Source of the DNA: an uncultured delta proteobacterium
GTDB taxonomy: Bacteria; Desulfobacterota; Binatia; UBA9968
NCBI GenBank assembly: GCA_963771465.1
Contig: CAVYTU010000004.1
Coordinates: 1 to 64,000, forward strand
Direction: 5' to 3'
Length of the DNA: 64,000 nt
In this document: in pieces, positions 29,188-39,585 of the stretch
Numbering within the stretch: position 1 is the first letter of the stretch
How the letters are laid out: each line of letters begins with the position of its first letter
Program-made: the position numbers and the translations under genes
The notes under the pieces: generated by a model
What the model was told of the DNA's origin: nothing
Databases searched by the model: none
What the model saw: only the letters and a program-made list of their open reading frames with translations

Positions 29188-30093
29188 CTAATTATGCAAT
29201 GCTCCCCAAAGATAACGGTAAACACGATACTTGAGCGAATACGGTGCCCGTGCAACAGCCGCGTCGATCGCTTCCAAGGCACCCGGCAACTGGTTTCGCT
29301 TCCTACGTCCTTTCGCCAATCGATAGTATCGGTAGGCGAGCCGTCGAGCCACGTTGAATTTGCCAATGAGATCGCGCGCCTCGGGAAAATCATTGAGAAA
29401 CTTCTCGATGACTTTGATGTTTTCCATCACCCGCAACTCCTGGTTGCGAGAAATATTGCCGTCGTGTTTGCGATAAAAAAAGACCGTGCGGTCGAGATAT
29501 TTTATCGGAACACGCATGGATAAACGGAAAAACAAATCCAGATCATGGCAAATGCGCAGCGAGTCATCCATGCCGCCGACCGCATCGTAGGCGCTTTTCA
29601 AGATAATCGAGGCTTGGAGCCGCACGATGCTTTTGGCAAATAAATCTCGTAAGGTAACGCCCGCCGCTTGCAAACGGCGCGACTTTTTGGCCGGAATAAT
29701 CGTATTGCGATTATGATTAGGACCGTCCAGGTAAGCCCCATTGGCAAATACCATACCGCAATCTGGATGGTCGCGCATACAATCGTATAGAGATTCCAAA
29801 TGGTCTGGCGCGCATAAGTCGTCGGAATCTTGAAAGGCTATCCAGGGTGAGCCGGCGTGGCGCACGCCGAAATTGCGGGCCGCCGCCGCGCCTCGGTTCG
29901 ATTGATAGAGATAACGCACGCGCGGTCCCAGCGACTCGACCACGGCGCGGGTGTCATCCGTTGATCCGTCGTCGACTACGATCAATTCATAATCTTGAAA
30001 CCCTTGTTGTAAAACGCTCTCGATGGCCTGACGCACAAAATTCGCCCGGTTGAAAGTCGGGATGATCACCGATACCGCAGGCTGGTTGGACAT
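29188..30093 (-). CDS. GT2 glycosyltransferase
   Basis: SVIIPTFNR, VDDGSTD, FQDSDD. Confidence 0.92.
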   Translation of the reverse strand: MSNQPAVSVIIPTFNRANFVRQAIESVLQQGFQDYELIVVDDGSTDDTRAVVESLGPRVRYLYQSNRGAAAARNFGVRHAGSPWIAFQDSDDLCAPDHLESLYDCMRDHPDCGMVFANGAYLDGPNHNRNTIIPAKKSRRLQAAGVTLRDLFAKSIVRLQASIILKSAYDAVGGMDDSLRICHDLDLFFRLSMRVPIKYLDRTVFFYRKHDGNISRNQELRVMENIKVIEKFLNDFPEARDLIGKFNVARRLAYRYYRLAKGRRKRNQLPGALEAIDAAVARAPYSLKYRVYRYLWGALHN

Positions 30094-30105
30094 GATATCG
30101 GCTCG

Positions 30106-31014
30106 TTAGAAGCTACGGTGATTGGCTCTTGGCCAACGGCGAAATCTACCGGTCAAGTAACCCCAACGCTTCATCAGTCGTCCCTCGGTCCTATAGACCT
30201 TCTGATTCCACCCTAGCAGTCGGTAAATACCGTAACGAACGCAGTCGGCGGCGAGGTTTGGAACAATCCTGAAAAGAATTGAATCATGCCTGTAGATGCT
30301 CCTGCTAACGCCTTTTCGAAATTCAACATCGCGGTTATATGCGGGACCGTAACGCGCAGGATTCAGTTCATGGTAGACAATCGCGTGCGGTGTGTAGCCG
30401 ATCTTAAAACCGGCCTTGCGGATTCGCATGGAAAACTCCGTATCTTCACTAAAGCCAGAAGCGCCCGGGCCAAGTCTTAAGTCGAACAACCCTACTCTTT
30501 CAAAAACCCCACGCTTGAACGACATGTTGGTGCCGGTCAAGCCCTGAATGGTAGTCACTTGCTCGCCATAGCCACTCAATGGGATGTTGTACTCCCGCAA
30601 CCGAGACGGGTCGGCCGGACGACCCTCAAAGTCCTTTCCAGCGAGAATCCGTCCTTGGATGGCGGCGAATTCTGTCTGTTTATAAGCCTCGATATGTTTG
30701 ACGAGCCATTGAGGATCAACCGACACATCGTCGTCAAGCAGCATCAGCAGATCACCGCGCGCGACGCAAAGAGCACAATTAACAGCGTTGGATTTGCCGG
30801 GGCGTTGCTCCTCCAGCACTACCAGTTCTTGCGGCCGCGCGATCAGAGCTTCTTCGCGCAGCAGATTGACGGTTTCATCCGTAGAGCCATTGTTGACAAC
30901 AACAATTTCAACCGATGTCAGCGGCGGAGTGACAACGACCGCCAGGCTATCGAGCAACTGCTTCAAGCTTCGCGCACGGTTTCGAGTGGGTATAATTATG
31001 CTAATTCGCCGCAT
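30106..31014 (-). CDS. GT2 glycosyltransferase, resembles 28281-29186
   Basis: SIIIPTRNR, LLDDD, GTNM, LGPGASGFSEDTEF. Confidence 0.9.
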   Translation of the reverse strand: MRRISIIIPTRNRARSLKQLLDSLAVVVTPPLTSVEIVVVNNGSTDETVNLLREEALIARPQELVVLEEQRPGKSNAVNCALCVARGDLLMLLDDDVSVDPQWLVKHIEAYKQTEFAAIQGRILAGKDFEGRPADPSRLREYNIPLSGYGEQVTTIQGLTGTNMSFKRGVFERVGLFDLRLGPGASGFSEDTEFSMRIRKAGFKIGYTPHAIVYHELNPARYGPAYNRDVEFRKGVSRSIYRHDSILFRIVPNLAADCVRYGIYRLLGWNQKVYRTEGRLMKRWGYLTGRFRRWPRANHRSF

Positions 31015-31099
31015 CAAGGGTTCGCTTCGTCGACTATTGGAAGGCGCCGTCTAATCGTATAACCGTGAGTGGAGCGGAAAAGAATTCACAAAACTCTGA

Positions 31100-31800
31100 T
31101 CATCCGATACCAGCCAGCCCACGCATTATTTTCCTTGGCAGGGCGCGCCAATGAGCGCGTTTTTCTCTGGCGCGATTGTAGACTTGTCGCAACCAGATCG
31201 TCCGGTCGGCTCTGAGCCGATCTGACCAATTGTCCCAACTAGTTTTTTGAATCGCTAAAATGCTGTCCACTTGGCCCAGTACGCGATATTGCGTATTGAG
31301 CAGAATTTCTCCATCAACGAACCTTCTCACCCCGCCCACGAATAGGTATCGTGAAACGCGATAATGCCATCTTTTGCGACGAATCGGCTCCAACCCAAAA
31401 ATCCCCTGACACCGCTTCATAGCGATGATCTCCCTCGATCCACAGCATCCCAATGGGCCGTGACCAGCCTTTGAGAGCATCGCTTGATTATGCCACGAGG
31501 GTGACAACTTTCTTTGCCAGCCCGGCACGTTGAATATTTTCTCGAAACACTTTCTCCGTACTCACATTATGCTGCCGACGCGACCCACCCACATGAGGAT
31601 CTATCGCGTAAATCTCGTATCCGTTCACCGTCTCGGATCCCTTACCAAGCCAGATTGTCGATCGCCCTTGCCAACTGCCGATCTCCACGATCGCGCCAAG
31701 TCGTGAGCCTACTTTTGCTAGTTGGTACAAATAGGGCTCCCAACCAACCTTCGACCGAATCCGCTATCTTTTGAACTTCCTGAACTGCTGAATGGTCCAT
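31100..31800 (-). pseudogene. Class I SAM methyltransferase (Methyltransf_24-like), multiply disrupted
   Basis: Segments in different frames: MDHSAVQ...VEGWLG / PYLYQLA...VEIGSWQGRST...AIDPH...VTLVA(stop 31488)SSDAL...LWIEGDHRYE / GWSRFVAKDGIIAFHD / VRRFVD...GIG. Three frameshifts and one nonsense codon. Confidence 0.85.
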
Positions 31801-31882
31801 ATGATCCTTAGAATTTTCCACGCCCTCTCGCCTAAATTACACTTCTGAATGCTTCAAGAGCCGGCTCACCCATGGCCGGCCT

Positions 31883-32740
31883 TCATGCCAAAACGATAGG
31901 CGCCGACTGACGTGACTTAACACCATCCAAACGCTTGGACTCAAAAAGAACACTTGCGATCAATTCGCGTTTGCCTTGCCGCTCGGAAAACTTTGCGCCC
32001 AAATAGTTTTTGACGAAAACCAATTTTTCGACCCGGCGCAAAGAGCGGCCGAAGGTACGATTCAACTGCACCAGATTCTTGATTCGCCGGGCAGGACTTA
32101 AACTTTTGTAACGCCTCACACCTTCCAAATCGAGTAGAAAAAGCCGCAGCGGCCTATTCGAATGATCGGCGACGGCAAGAATATTTGAGTCCTTAAGATC
32201 GTTATGGTAAATATCCTGGGCATGCACCGCCGCGAATAAACCCGCCAATCCATCCAGGAAACGCCGGCGCGACACGCGTCCCTCCCGACCTACCACATTC
32301 GTCAGTTCGTCGCGCCAATACGCGTCGATGGTTTTACCGCCGACGATTTCCTCTGAAAGAAAAAAACTTTTGATCAACGCGCCGCGTCGGCGATTTTCCA
32401 CCGCCGCAATCGGTGTCGCAATGGGAATATCCGCGGCGCGCAAAATCGCCGCGCCTTCGAGCGCGCGAAACGCCCCGGAACGCATCAGCGGCGAAACTAA
32501 TTTGTAGCGCAACGAGAACGCATTGTATCGCTTGATATAGAGAGAATGAGCCGCGCCGGCGACTTGGAGTTTTATTCGGCCGACCTTGATTTTTTTCTGG
32601 TCTTTGACGACCGAAGAACACGGCTCGGCAAACAACGTATCGGCGTCGGCTAAACGTTGGACGAAGTGTTTGTCGGCGAAGCGCCGATCGATCCAGATCG
32701 CAGCACTGCCGACATTATGCAGGATGAAATCAGGAAACAT
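31883..32740 (-). CDS. LPS kinase family (Kdo/WaaP/InaA-like)
   Basis: YIKRY, YHNDLKDSNIL, LLDLE, KNLVQLNR. Confidence 0.85.
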   Translation of the reverse strand: MFPDFILHNVGSAAIWIDRRFADKHFVQRLADADTLFAEPCSSVVKDQKKIKVGRIKLQVAGAAHSLYIKRYNAFSLRYKLVSPLMRSGAFRALEGAAILRAADIPIATPIAAVENRRRGALIKSFFLSEEIVGGKTIDAYWRDELTNVVGREGRVSRRRFLDGLAGLFAAVHAQDIYHNDLKDSNILAVADHSNRPLRLFLLDLEGVRRYKSLSPARRIKNLVQLNRTFGRSLRRVEKLVFVKNYLGAKFSERQGKRELIASVLFESKRLDGVKSRQSAPIVLA

Positions 32741-33884
32741 TGATTGTGCCCGGTATGCGACATGTCTCGCGCAAGAGCGAATCAAGTCGGCGAAAGTGTT
32801 CGTCCCATGAATAGTGTACGGCAATCTCGCGCGCTTCCTGCTTGAGCGCGTCATCAGCGGATTGATTTACCAAATTTAGAAGTGTGCGCGCCAACTCATC
32901 GGCATCGTCGGGCCGGTCGATAATACCGCACGCCAATCGACCCTGGAGAACATCGGCGGCGCCAACCTGTGCGCTGACCAGGACGGGTAACCCGGAGGCG
33001 AGCGCTTCTAGGACCACGTTGCCGAAAGCCTCTTGGAGTGCAGGCAAGGCAACGATATCGGCCGCGCCGTAATAATTCTCGATATCGTCCTGCCGCCCGG
33101 CAAAGATAATATTCCCGGGCGCGATCGAGGCGGCCCAGGACCGATAGCGCCCTATTCTCGCATCATTGCCAACGACGAGCAGACGGATTTCGGAGAACTG
33201 CGGTAGGCTCCACAATGGTATAAGCCGGTCCAGCCCCTTGCGGCGAAAACCGCTGCCGACAAACAAGACAACCCGCGCATCAAGTGGAATGTTCCAGCGC
33301 GCGCGCACCGACCTTCGCGATTCGGCACGTTTATCGGCGTTGAAACGCAAAGTGTCCACGCCATTATGGAGCACTTCGATGGCGGCGCCGTCTAGCCGAT
33401 AATTCGCCATGATGTCGCGCTTCACTTCGGCCGACACCGCGATGATCTTTTTCAATCGCGCCGAAGCGAACTGGCGCCGTTCTAGCGCTAGGAGACTGCG
33501 ATGATAAACGCTCGTCGCTTGCCACAAACGGCGGCGCGATCCACCAATCTGCCCGAGCCGTTTTAGAAAACCTCGGTGCGTGCCGCCGCCGCTTCGGAGC
33601 ACATCGTTTTCGAGGGTTCGGCCAAAACTCAGCACGATGTCGCAACCGGACCGGCTGATGACCGCAGGGGCGTGAAGCGCAAAACTCCACATGCGAAGAG
33701 TTCGTCCAAACGGCAACACGCCAACGCGGTGCGCCGTGACCCCGACCGGCGCCGCCACGCCGTATTCGCTGCAAAATAAATGGACTTCATGTCCCAGATC
33801 GCGAAGCCCCTCAGCCGTTTGGTAGAGATCCCGTTCCGTTCCGCCCTTGAGATCAAGGCGTTTATGCGCCAGGGCGATTTTCAC
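32730..33884 (-). CDS. GT4 glycosyltransferase, WaaG-like
   Basis: GGTER, FVGSGFRRKGL, EAFGNVVLEAL; start GTG 33884. Confidence 0.9.
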   Translation of the reverse strand: MKIALAHKRLDLKGGTERDLYQTAEGLRDLGHEVHLFCSEYGVAAPVGVTAHRVGVLPFGRTLRMWSFALHAPAVISRSGCDIVLSFGRTLENDVLRSGGGTHRGFLKRLGQIGGSRRRLWQATSVYHRSLLALERRQFASARLKKIIAVSAEVKRDIMANYRLDGAAIEVLHNGVDTLRFNADKRAESRRSVRARWNIPLDARVVLFVGSGFRRKGLDRLIPLWSLPQFSEIRLLVVGNDARIGRYRSWAASIAPGNIIFAGRQDDIENYYGAADIVALPALQEAFGNVVLEALASGLPVLVSAQVGAADVLQGRLACGIIDRPDDADELARTLLNLVNQSADDALKQEAREIAVHYSWDEHFRRLDSLLRETCRIPGTINVS

Positions 33885-34598
33885 ATCTGCGGGCTTTAAT
33901 GACGATATTATCCGAGAGCAATAAGGCTGGATCGAACAGATAGGAAAGAATCTGCCAATTGTAGCCCCGCTGCACAGGGTCCTTCTCGGCATGAATCACG
34001 GCGACCAGACTCAAGGGCCACATGAACGGCGAAAACAAAACCATAAAAACCCACGTCGCGAACTTGACTCTGGTTCTCTTCAGTTCGACAACTTCAAAGC
34101 CATAGTGAAACAGCAAATAATAAAGCTCGTAACAATGCAGCAAATAAATATCCGGCGCCTGGCCCCGCTTGCTCGTCTAATGCGCCGGACGCACCCGGCC
34201 GCGAAGAAATCCGGTAAATAAAAAACGCATCCGCGACATCATGTTGAGAATATTCGGCGTGCTGATCAATAAGACGCCGTTCGGTTTGAGCACGCAGGCG
34301 ACTTCGCGGTTGGCTCCCGCTGATTTTCGCTTTGCTCGATCACCTCGACAAGATCGACGCCGTCGAAGCTCGCCGAGCGAAACAGCAGACCAGTATTGAG
34401 ATCGACGCCCGCCACGCGCCGGTCGCCGGCCATAGCTGCCGGCACACCGTAGTCCGTGGCGACGATATGATAACCCGGTTTAGCGAGCATCGCCGCCGAA
34501 CCACCAGCGCCGCAGCTGAGATCCAAGATTTGTTTTGCCGCGCGCCGCTTCGCATGACCACGAGACCGCACAGAGTCAAACATTGAGTTGTTCGACAT
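33862..34598 (-). pseudogene. Class I SAM methyltransferase, disrupted
   Basis: ILDLSCGAG...SFDGVDLVEVIE, frameshift near 34310, then REVACVLKPNGVLLISTPN...RPAH, in-frame TAG at 34177-34179, then TSKRG...IYLLHCYEL. Confidence 0.85.
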
Positions 34599-34640
34599 GA
34601 ATGTAAGAATTAATTCTTCCGAGGGATTTCGCCATTTATT

Positions 34641-35501
34641 TCAGCGGGCTGCTTGGGGAAACCACTGCATGAGCTTACGAAAGTTCATATTCGGATCGGC
34701 GCCGTCGACTTCCTGGCGTCGAATTCTAGTTTTGACCTCTAGCCAGCGGGCCAATTGCCAACCGCGCGCCGACAAAATTTCTTCATCGAGATATGCGTGC
34801 AGAAAACGCATCCGGTCTTGGAGTGAAATACCGGGCAGCGGCAGGCGATTAAGCTGAACTAGGTTGCGCTTCCGCAGGGATTGCCCAAACCACGACGGAT
34901 AGCGCCGCGTCCGATCGTTATCCATAAAGTAAAATTTTACCTCGTCGCTATTTTCTGCAGATACGAAAATATTCGACGCCAGCAAGTCGCCGTGGACAAA
35001 TCCGAGTTGGTGAAAACGCCGAACTAGCTGCGCCAGCCTTCTCACGCTTTGCCATTTGCGGAGCGGATTCACCACTTCGACGCCTTTGTTGCAATCCAAG
35101 AAGACAGGCATCGGCACGCCGGCAATGTTTTCGCTTACGACAAATTCACGTTTGGCAATGCGCAACCTGCCGGCGCTGCCGACGGCAATCGTCAAGGGAA
35201 CGTCAAACCCTGCTTCGCTAAGGGCAATTCCTTGGCGCCAAAAACATTGTGCCGGGCTGCGCCGTAGCCTATCCTTTACTAGCGCTGACACATGGCGCCG
35301 GTGAAAGATTTTTATGAAGAACTGTCGCGTAACGCCGTCTATTTCGCTCAAAAGCGAAATTGTTTGCGGATGTCGTGCGACAGTTTGGGCACGGACGACG
35401 AGCAAGACTTGTTCTTGCAGAGCACGAGTCCAGTGGTCGGGAAGCGCGCGCAAGCGCCAGCCATCGGCGACGTAGCTGCGATAGTCAGCTAAGGTGACCA
35501 C
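34641..35501 (-). CDS. LPS kinase family (Kdo/WaaP/InaA-like)
   Basis: FIKIF, VHGDLLASNIF, FMDND, RNLVQLNR. Confidence 0.85.
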   Translation of the reverse strand: MVTLADYRSYVADGWRLRALPDHWTRALQEQVLLVVRAQTVARHPQTISLLSEIDGVTRQFFIKIFHRRHVSALVKDRLRRSPAQCFWRQGIALSEAGFDVPLTIAVGSAGRLRIAKREFVVSENIAGVPMPVFLDCNKGVEVVNPLRKWQSVRRLAQLVRRFHQLGFVHGDLLASNIFVSAENSDEVKFYFMDNDRTRRYPSWFGQSLRKRNLVQLNRLPLPGISLQDRMRFLHAYLDEEILSARGWQLARWLEVKTRIRRQEVDGADPNMNFRKLMQWFPQAAR

Positions 35502-35503
35502 TG

Positions 35504-36547
35504 CTAGTTTGCGCGCGACTCATATTTAAGCGCCGCTGCGATCATTGAGGTAATTTGATTATTATCGATCGACTTCATGCATATCCGGCCGATCGCGCAC
35601 TGACGCTTATAACAAGGCACGCACGGCGCCTGGCCGTGAATCACCAGATCAGCGAAGCCGTAGGGGCCAGTGCGATCGGGATCGGTAGCGCCCCATAAGG
35701 AGATCACCGGCGTGCCCACCGCAGCGGCGATATGCATCAAGCCGGTATCGGGACCCACAGCGAGCTTTGCACGCTGAATAATTCCGATCGCTTCGCGGAG
35801 CGAAGTTTTGCCGGTTAGATTGGCAACTCTATTCTTGGTTAGGATGGATGCCGACTGGGCCAATTCCTGATCGTCCTTGCTACCGAGCAAGACAACGTCC
35901 AGTGAAAACTCAGCGCTCAGAGTATCCGCGCAGGCGGCGATTTGCTCCGCAAACCACAACTTACTATTCCACCGGGCGCCGACGAAAAGCACGGCGAATG
36001 CGGGCCTGATCCGACCGAGAATAAGTTCCACTGCGCGCACTTCGTCAGCGCTAAGCGAAAACGACCACTCTAGCGGCGCAGTTGGCAGGCCCAGATATTC
36101 GGCAAATTTGAGATAATGCTGGAGTTTGGGAATCCGATCACCAAATCGGTCGATGGAAAGATTATTGAACAGCCAATTGCCTTCTTTACTGTCGGCGCGG
36201 TGAAAGCCGATGCGTCGCGCCGCCCCACTCGACCAACTGACGATGCCGCTCTTTAGATGGCGCTGCAAATCGAGGACTAGATCGAACCCTTGGGCACGAA
36301 CCTCGGCGAGAAACCGTCGGAAGGATTGGCGCCACGCGCTTCGATCAAAAAGTAGAATCCGATCGATGGCCGGGTTGCCTTGCAACAATGGATAGGACGC
36401 CGGCTCTACCGACCAGGCCAGAAATGCTTCAGGAAATCCCTTGCGTAAGAGACTCGCCAGAGGCAAGGCACGGGTAACGTCGCCGATGGAACCGTGCAGC
36501 ACAATGAGAATTCTCTTCGGCTCGAACTTAGCCGTGGGCGGTTTCAT
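35504..36547 (-). CDS. GT9 heptosyltransferase (WaaC/WaaQ-like)
   Basis: GSIGDV, DLQ..LKS, DTGLMHIAAA. Confidence 0.9.
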   Translation of the reverse strand: MKPPTAKFEPKRILIVLHGSIGDVTRALPLASLLRKGFPEAFLAWSVEPASYPLLQGNPAIDRILLFDRSAWRQSFRRFLAEVRAQGFDLVLDLQRHLKSGIVSWSSGAARRIGFHRADSKEGNWLFNNLSIDRFGDRIPKLQHYLKFAEYLGLPTAPLEWSFSLSADEVRAVELILGRIRPAFAVLFVGARWNSKLWFAEQIAACADTLSAEFSLDVVLLGSKDDQELAQSASILTKNRVANLTGKTSLREAIGIIQRAKLAVGPDTGLMHIAAAVGTPVISLWGATDPDRTGPYGFADLVIHGQAPCVPCYKRQCAIGRICMKSIDNNQITSMIAAALKYESRAN

Positions 36548-37301
36548 AGTAGAAGTTGCGAAACTGTTCCCAGGCCGAGGCCGAAAAGTATTTGCGCTCG
36601 GGATCGAGCTTCCGAATCGAGCGCAAAAGCCGGTCGAGATTTTTCTTAGCCAATTCGGTGGGCAGTTTGCCTAATACCAACTTGGCTTTGTCGAAATCGA
36701 TGATATAGGCGGCAACGCCATCGACTTCCATCCGCACGAGGATATTTTTCAAATTGAGATCGCTATGGTAAATACCTTCCCGGTGCATGGCGCGGACGCT
36801 CATCGCTACCGCCTGTAAAGTCGCTTGGAGACCGGCACGTTGGATAAAATCGCTTTGTAGCGCCGACCAAAGGTCCGCTGACCCCCTAAGCTCCCGGGTC
36901 ACTAGCCAGCCGCGGTAAAACGGCCCCACACCGCGGCTGACGCAGGCCGCATAAATCTCCACCGTACGCACTCCCCGCCGGCGCAACTCTTCGGTGATAC
37001 TCAGCTCGCGAAACGGCCGGGGCGGCCAGGTAAAAAACCACGGTCCGGTGAAACCGCGCAGCAGACCTCCGTGCTGATACGGCCGGATCAAAGCGGTCTC
37101 GCCGTCGGATAACGGAATAGCCCGCAGGGCCGCGCGGCCGCGATAACGGGGCGCCGGGTTGGGCTCGCTATCGCCGCACCATTTGTTGAAATCGATCTCG
37201 CCGGCGCAATCTTGGCGCACCACCATGCGATTACCGTTGCCGTCCGAAACCTTTTTGAAGTTCGCCGGGAACACGCCCCAGCGCAAATCCTCGGAAATCA
37301 T
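36528..37301 (-). CDS. Kdo kinase KdkA-like LPS kinase
   Basis: GR, RPYQHGGL, YHSDLNLKNIL, IIDFDK, NLDRLLRS. Confidence 0.85.
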   Translation of the reverse strand: MISEDLRWGVFPANFKKVSDGNGNRMVVRQDCAGEIDFNKWCGDSEPNPAPRYRGRAALRAIPLSDGETALIRPYQHGGLLRGFTGPWFFTWPPRPFRELSITEELRRRGVRTVEIYAACVSRGVGPFYRGWLVTRELRGSADLWSALQSDFIQRAGLQATLQAVAMSVRAMHREGIYHSDLNLKNILVRMEVDGVAAYIIDFDKAKLVLGKLPTELAKKNLDRLLRSIRKLDPERKYFSASAWEQFRNFYYETAHG

Positions 37302-37344
37302 TGCTCAGTGAATATCCGCTCGCGCCAATGCGTTAAGCACATGG

Positions 37345-38451
37345 CTACACGGAAACGAAAGCCGGTAGAAACCGGGTCACAGGCGCGTCACTGTTATGCA
37401 GCGTACGCTGAAAAATTGTTTCGACCGCTCGGAATACCGTTTCAGGTTCGATCAAACGAATGCAAGCTTCGCTGGCCAACGGACAGCGCCGGCCGCCATG
37501 CGCCGTACAAGGCCGGCAAGCCAACTGTTTCTCCACCACCATAGCGTGCTCGCTATACGGATAAAATCCCAGAGCCGGCGTCGTGGCGCAAAAGATCGCC
37601 ACAGTCGGCACTCGACGCGCTACCGCGATATGCATTGGACCACTATCGTTAGTGACAAATACCTTGCACCGGCCGATCGCCGCCGGCAACTGGCGCAAGC
37701 TAATATGCCCGACTAAGCTCGTTGCCGCGCCCCGACAGCGCTCGACGATTGACTTGACGACCGCCGCATCGTCAGCGCCGCCGAAAAGCACGACTTGGCA
37801 TTGCAAATTTTGCCGGAGCATGGAAATGAGCCGGGCGAAACCATCGGCGGACCAGCGTTTGGTCGGCCACACCGAGCCGGGATTGATGCCAACGAGCGGC
37901 TTGTCAGCCAATATACCCAATGCGTCAAACAGCTCGTCCACTTGAACTTGGACATCGGCACGCACCGGCAAGACGATCTCACGCTCACACTGTTCGGGCC
38001 GGACATCGAACGCTTCAAGAATCGAAAGATTACGCTCGACATCATGACGCGTGGCGTCGCGCAAGGCGCGTTGGTTAAACAGAAACCAGCCGCGGCTCTG
38101 ACGAAACCCGACGCGTGTCGGAATACCGGCGAGATAGAGCATCAAAGCGCTGCGTAATGATTTATGCGGCGTCAGCGCCAGAGTAAATTTCCTAGTTGAA
38201 AGCGCCGCCGCTTTGGCGCGCAGTCCGCGCCAGCCGCGATCGGCGTTTTTTTTATCATCGATGATGATTTCATCGATGGCCGGGTGATCTTGCAAAAGCT
38301 CCCGGCTCATGGGCTGGCAAATCACGGTCAATCGGTCAACTGGAAAGCGCCGGCGCACCTCGGCGATGAGCGGCAAGGTCAATACCGTGTCGCCGAGAAA
38401 ACTAGTCTGCAGAATCAACAGGTTTTGCCAGCTTGGCGCGGCCATCGGCAT
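37345..38451 (-). CDS. waaF: LPS heptosyltransferase II (GT9)
   Basis: QTSFLGD, HKSLRSA, NPGSVWPTKRW, NDSGPMH. Confidence 0.85.
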   Translation of the reverse strand: MPMAAPSWQNLLILQTSFLGDTVLTLPLIAEVRRRFPVDRLTVICQPMSRELLQDHPAIDEIIIDDKKNADRGWRGLRAKAAALSTRKFTLALTPHKSLRSALMLYLAGIPTRVGFRQSRGWFLFNQRALRDATRHDVERNLSILEAFDVRPEQCEREIVLPVRADVQVQVDELFDALGILADKPLVGINPGSVWPTKRWSADGFARLISMLRQNLQCQVVLFGGADDAAVVKSIVERCRGAATSLVGHISLRQLPAAIGRCKVFVTNDSGPMHIAVARRVPTVAIFCATTPALGFYPYSEHAMVVEKQLACRPCTAHGGRRCPLASEACIRLIEPETVFRAVETIFQRTLHNSDAPVTRFLPAFVSV

Positions 38452-38618
38452 TACAGCTGGGTCGCCTCGTCGATCAGCATGACCGGAATATCGTCCTTGA
38501 TCGGATAAAGCAGCCGGCAGGCGTCGCAAATCAGTCCGTCATTGCTTGGGTTTAGATGAATATCTCCCTTACACTTCGGACAAGCCAAGATATCCAAGAG
38601 ATCTTTGCTAATTGCCAT
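38451..38618 (-). CDS. Trm112/YcaR family protein
   Basis: LLDILACPKCKG...YPIKDDIPVMLIDEA; AGGAGG ribosome-binding site. Confidence 0.93.
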   Translation of the reverse strand: MAISKDLLDILACPKCKGDIHLNPSNDGLICDACRLLYPIKDDIPVMLIDEATQL

Positions 38619-38658
38619 TGAAATCCTCCTTGAGAAACTCGCCGCACAAACTCCAATA

Positions 38659-39519
38659 TCAATGCTGGAAAGGTATGAGCGCATCCCAGCCGCGGTGGTA
38701 AACGCGCTGGCTTTGGGCCGCATCGCGGTTGACGAACGGACGATGATACATCGGATGACGTAGGCTCCGCACTTCATGTTCCAACGTAAATTGCTTGTGA
38801 CCATTCTCCGGATCGACGATGTCTTTGAAGCGAAACTGATGATTGCGCACGTCCTCGGAAATCAAGCTGCGGCTCTGCAGAAAACCATACGGATTGGAAA
38901 AGTTGGCCACGTAAATGGCGATATGGTGGCCGTCATACGGCGTCAGAGTTTTCTCCGTCTCGCGAAAAACCAACGATTGGTGTCGGCCAATTTTTACCCG
39001 GCCAAAACTGCCTTGGGGATCCTTTTCAGCCACCACCGGCGCGCCTAAAACAGTCTGATAGAATCTGAGAATGCCGGCCAGGGCACCCGTTGGAACAAAA
39101 AATTCGACGTAAGGCATGCCGAGTGTCATGTCACCGAAAGTTGCGTGACTGGCATGACAACGATAGCGGTTGCCCCACGGACAGGTAACCAGCAAGTGAT
39201 CGCCATTGCGCTCGCAGGAAAACTTCGTACCCTGCAATCCTTCCGCCACCGCCGCAAGCCGTTTCTCCAGCGCGTTCAAATCGGGCACGACCAGGCCGAT
39301 GTAGCCGTCGATCACCTGGGGCGGCCGCGTCGGCAAATGAAACTGTTGCTCGCCGACGTTGACCCACATGTTGTTTAAGCCGACGTTTAGATAAGGATCG
39401 CGGGTGCCGCCCATGCCGACGACATAAAACAGCGTCGCCAACGCTTGGTCGGAAATCTGCACGTTCACATGCTCGAGAGAAATGATATTACCAACGTCTT
39501 CTTCACTGTAATCCGTCAT
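38659..39519 (-). CDS. Hypothetical protein, VOC/glyoxalase-like
   Basis: LEHVNV...FY...G, YDGHHIAIY; 4-bp-free clean ORF of 286 aa on the operon strand. Confidence 0.6.
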   Translation of the reverse strand: MTDYSEEDVGNIISLEHVNVQISDQALATLFYVVGMGGTRDPYLNVGLNNMWVNVGEQQFHLPTRPPQVIDGYIGLVVPDLNALEKRLAAVAEGLQGTKFSCERNGDHLLVTCPWGNRYRCHASHATFGDMTLGMPYVEFFVPTGALAGILRFYQTVLGAPVVAEKDPQGSFGRVKIGRHQSLVFRETEKTLTPYDGHHIAIYVANFSNPYGFLQSRSLISEDVRNHQFRFKDIVDPENGHKQFTLEHEVRSLRHPMYHRPFVNRDAAQSQRVYHRGWDALIPFQH

Positions 39520-39585
39520 GTTTCACCTCGAAGTTTAGCCCGGCCAATTTTCACCTCGATTCGCTCGCGGCTCGGCGCCCACAAT

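Noticed and set aside
34177-34179. In-frame TAG as pyrrolysine or read-through recoding
   Set aside because: The same gene also has a frameshift, and TAG is used as a normal stop elsewhere in the window (e.g. lexA, lysS).
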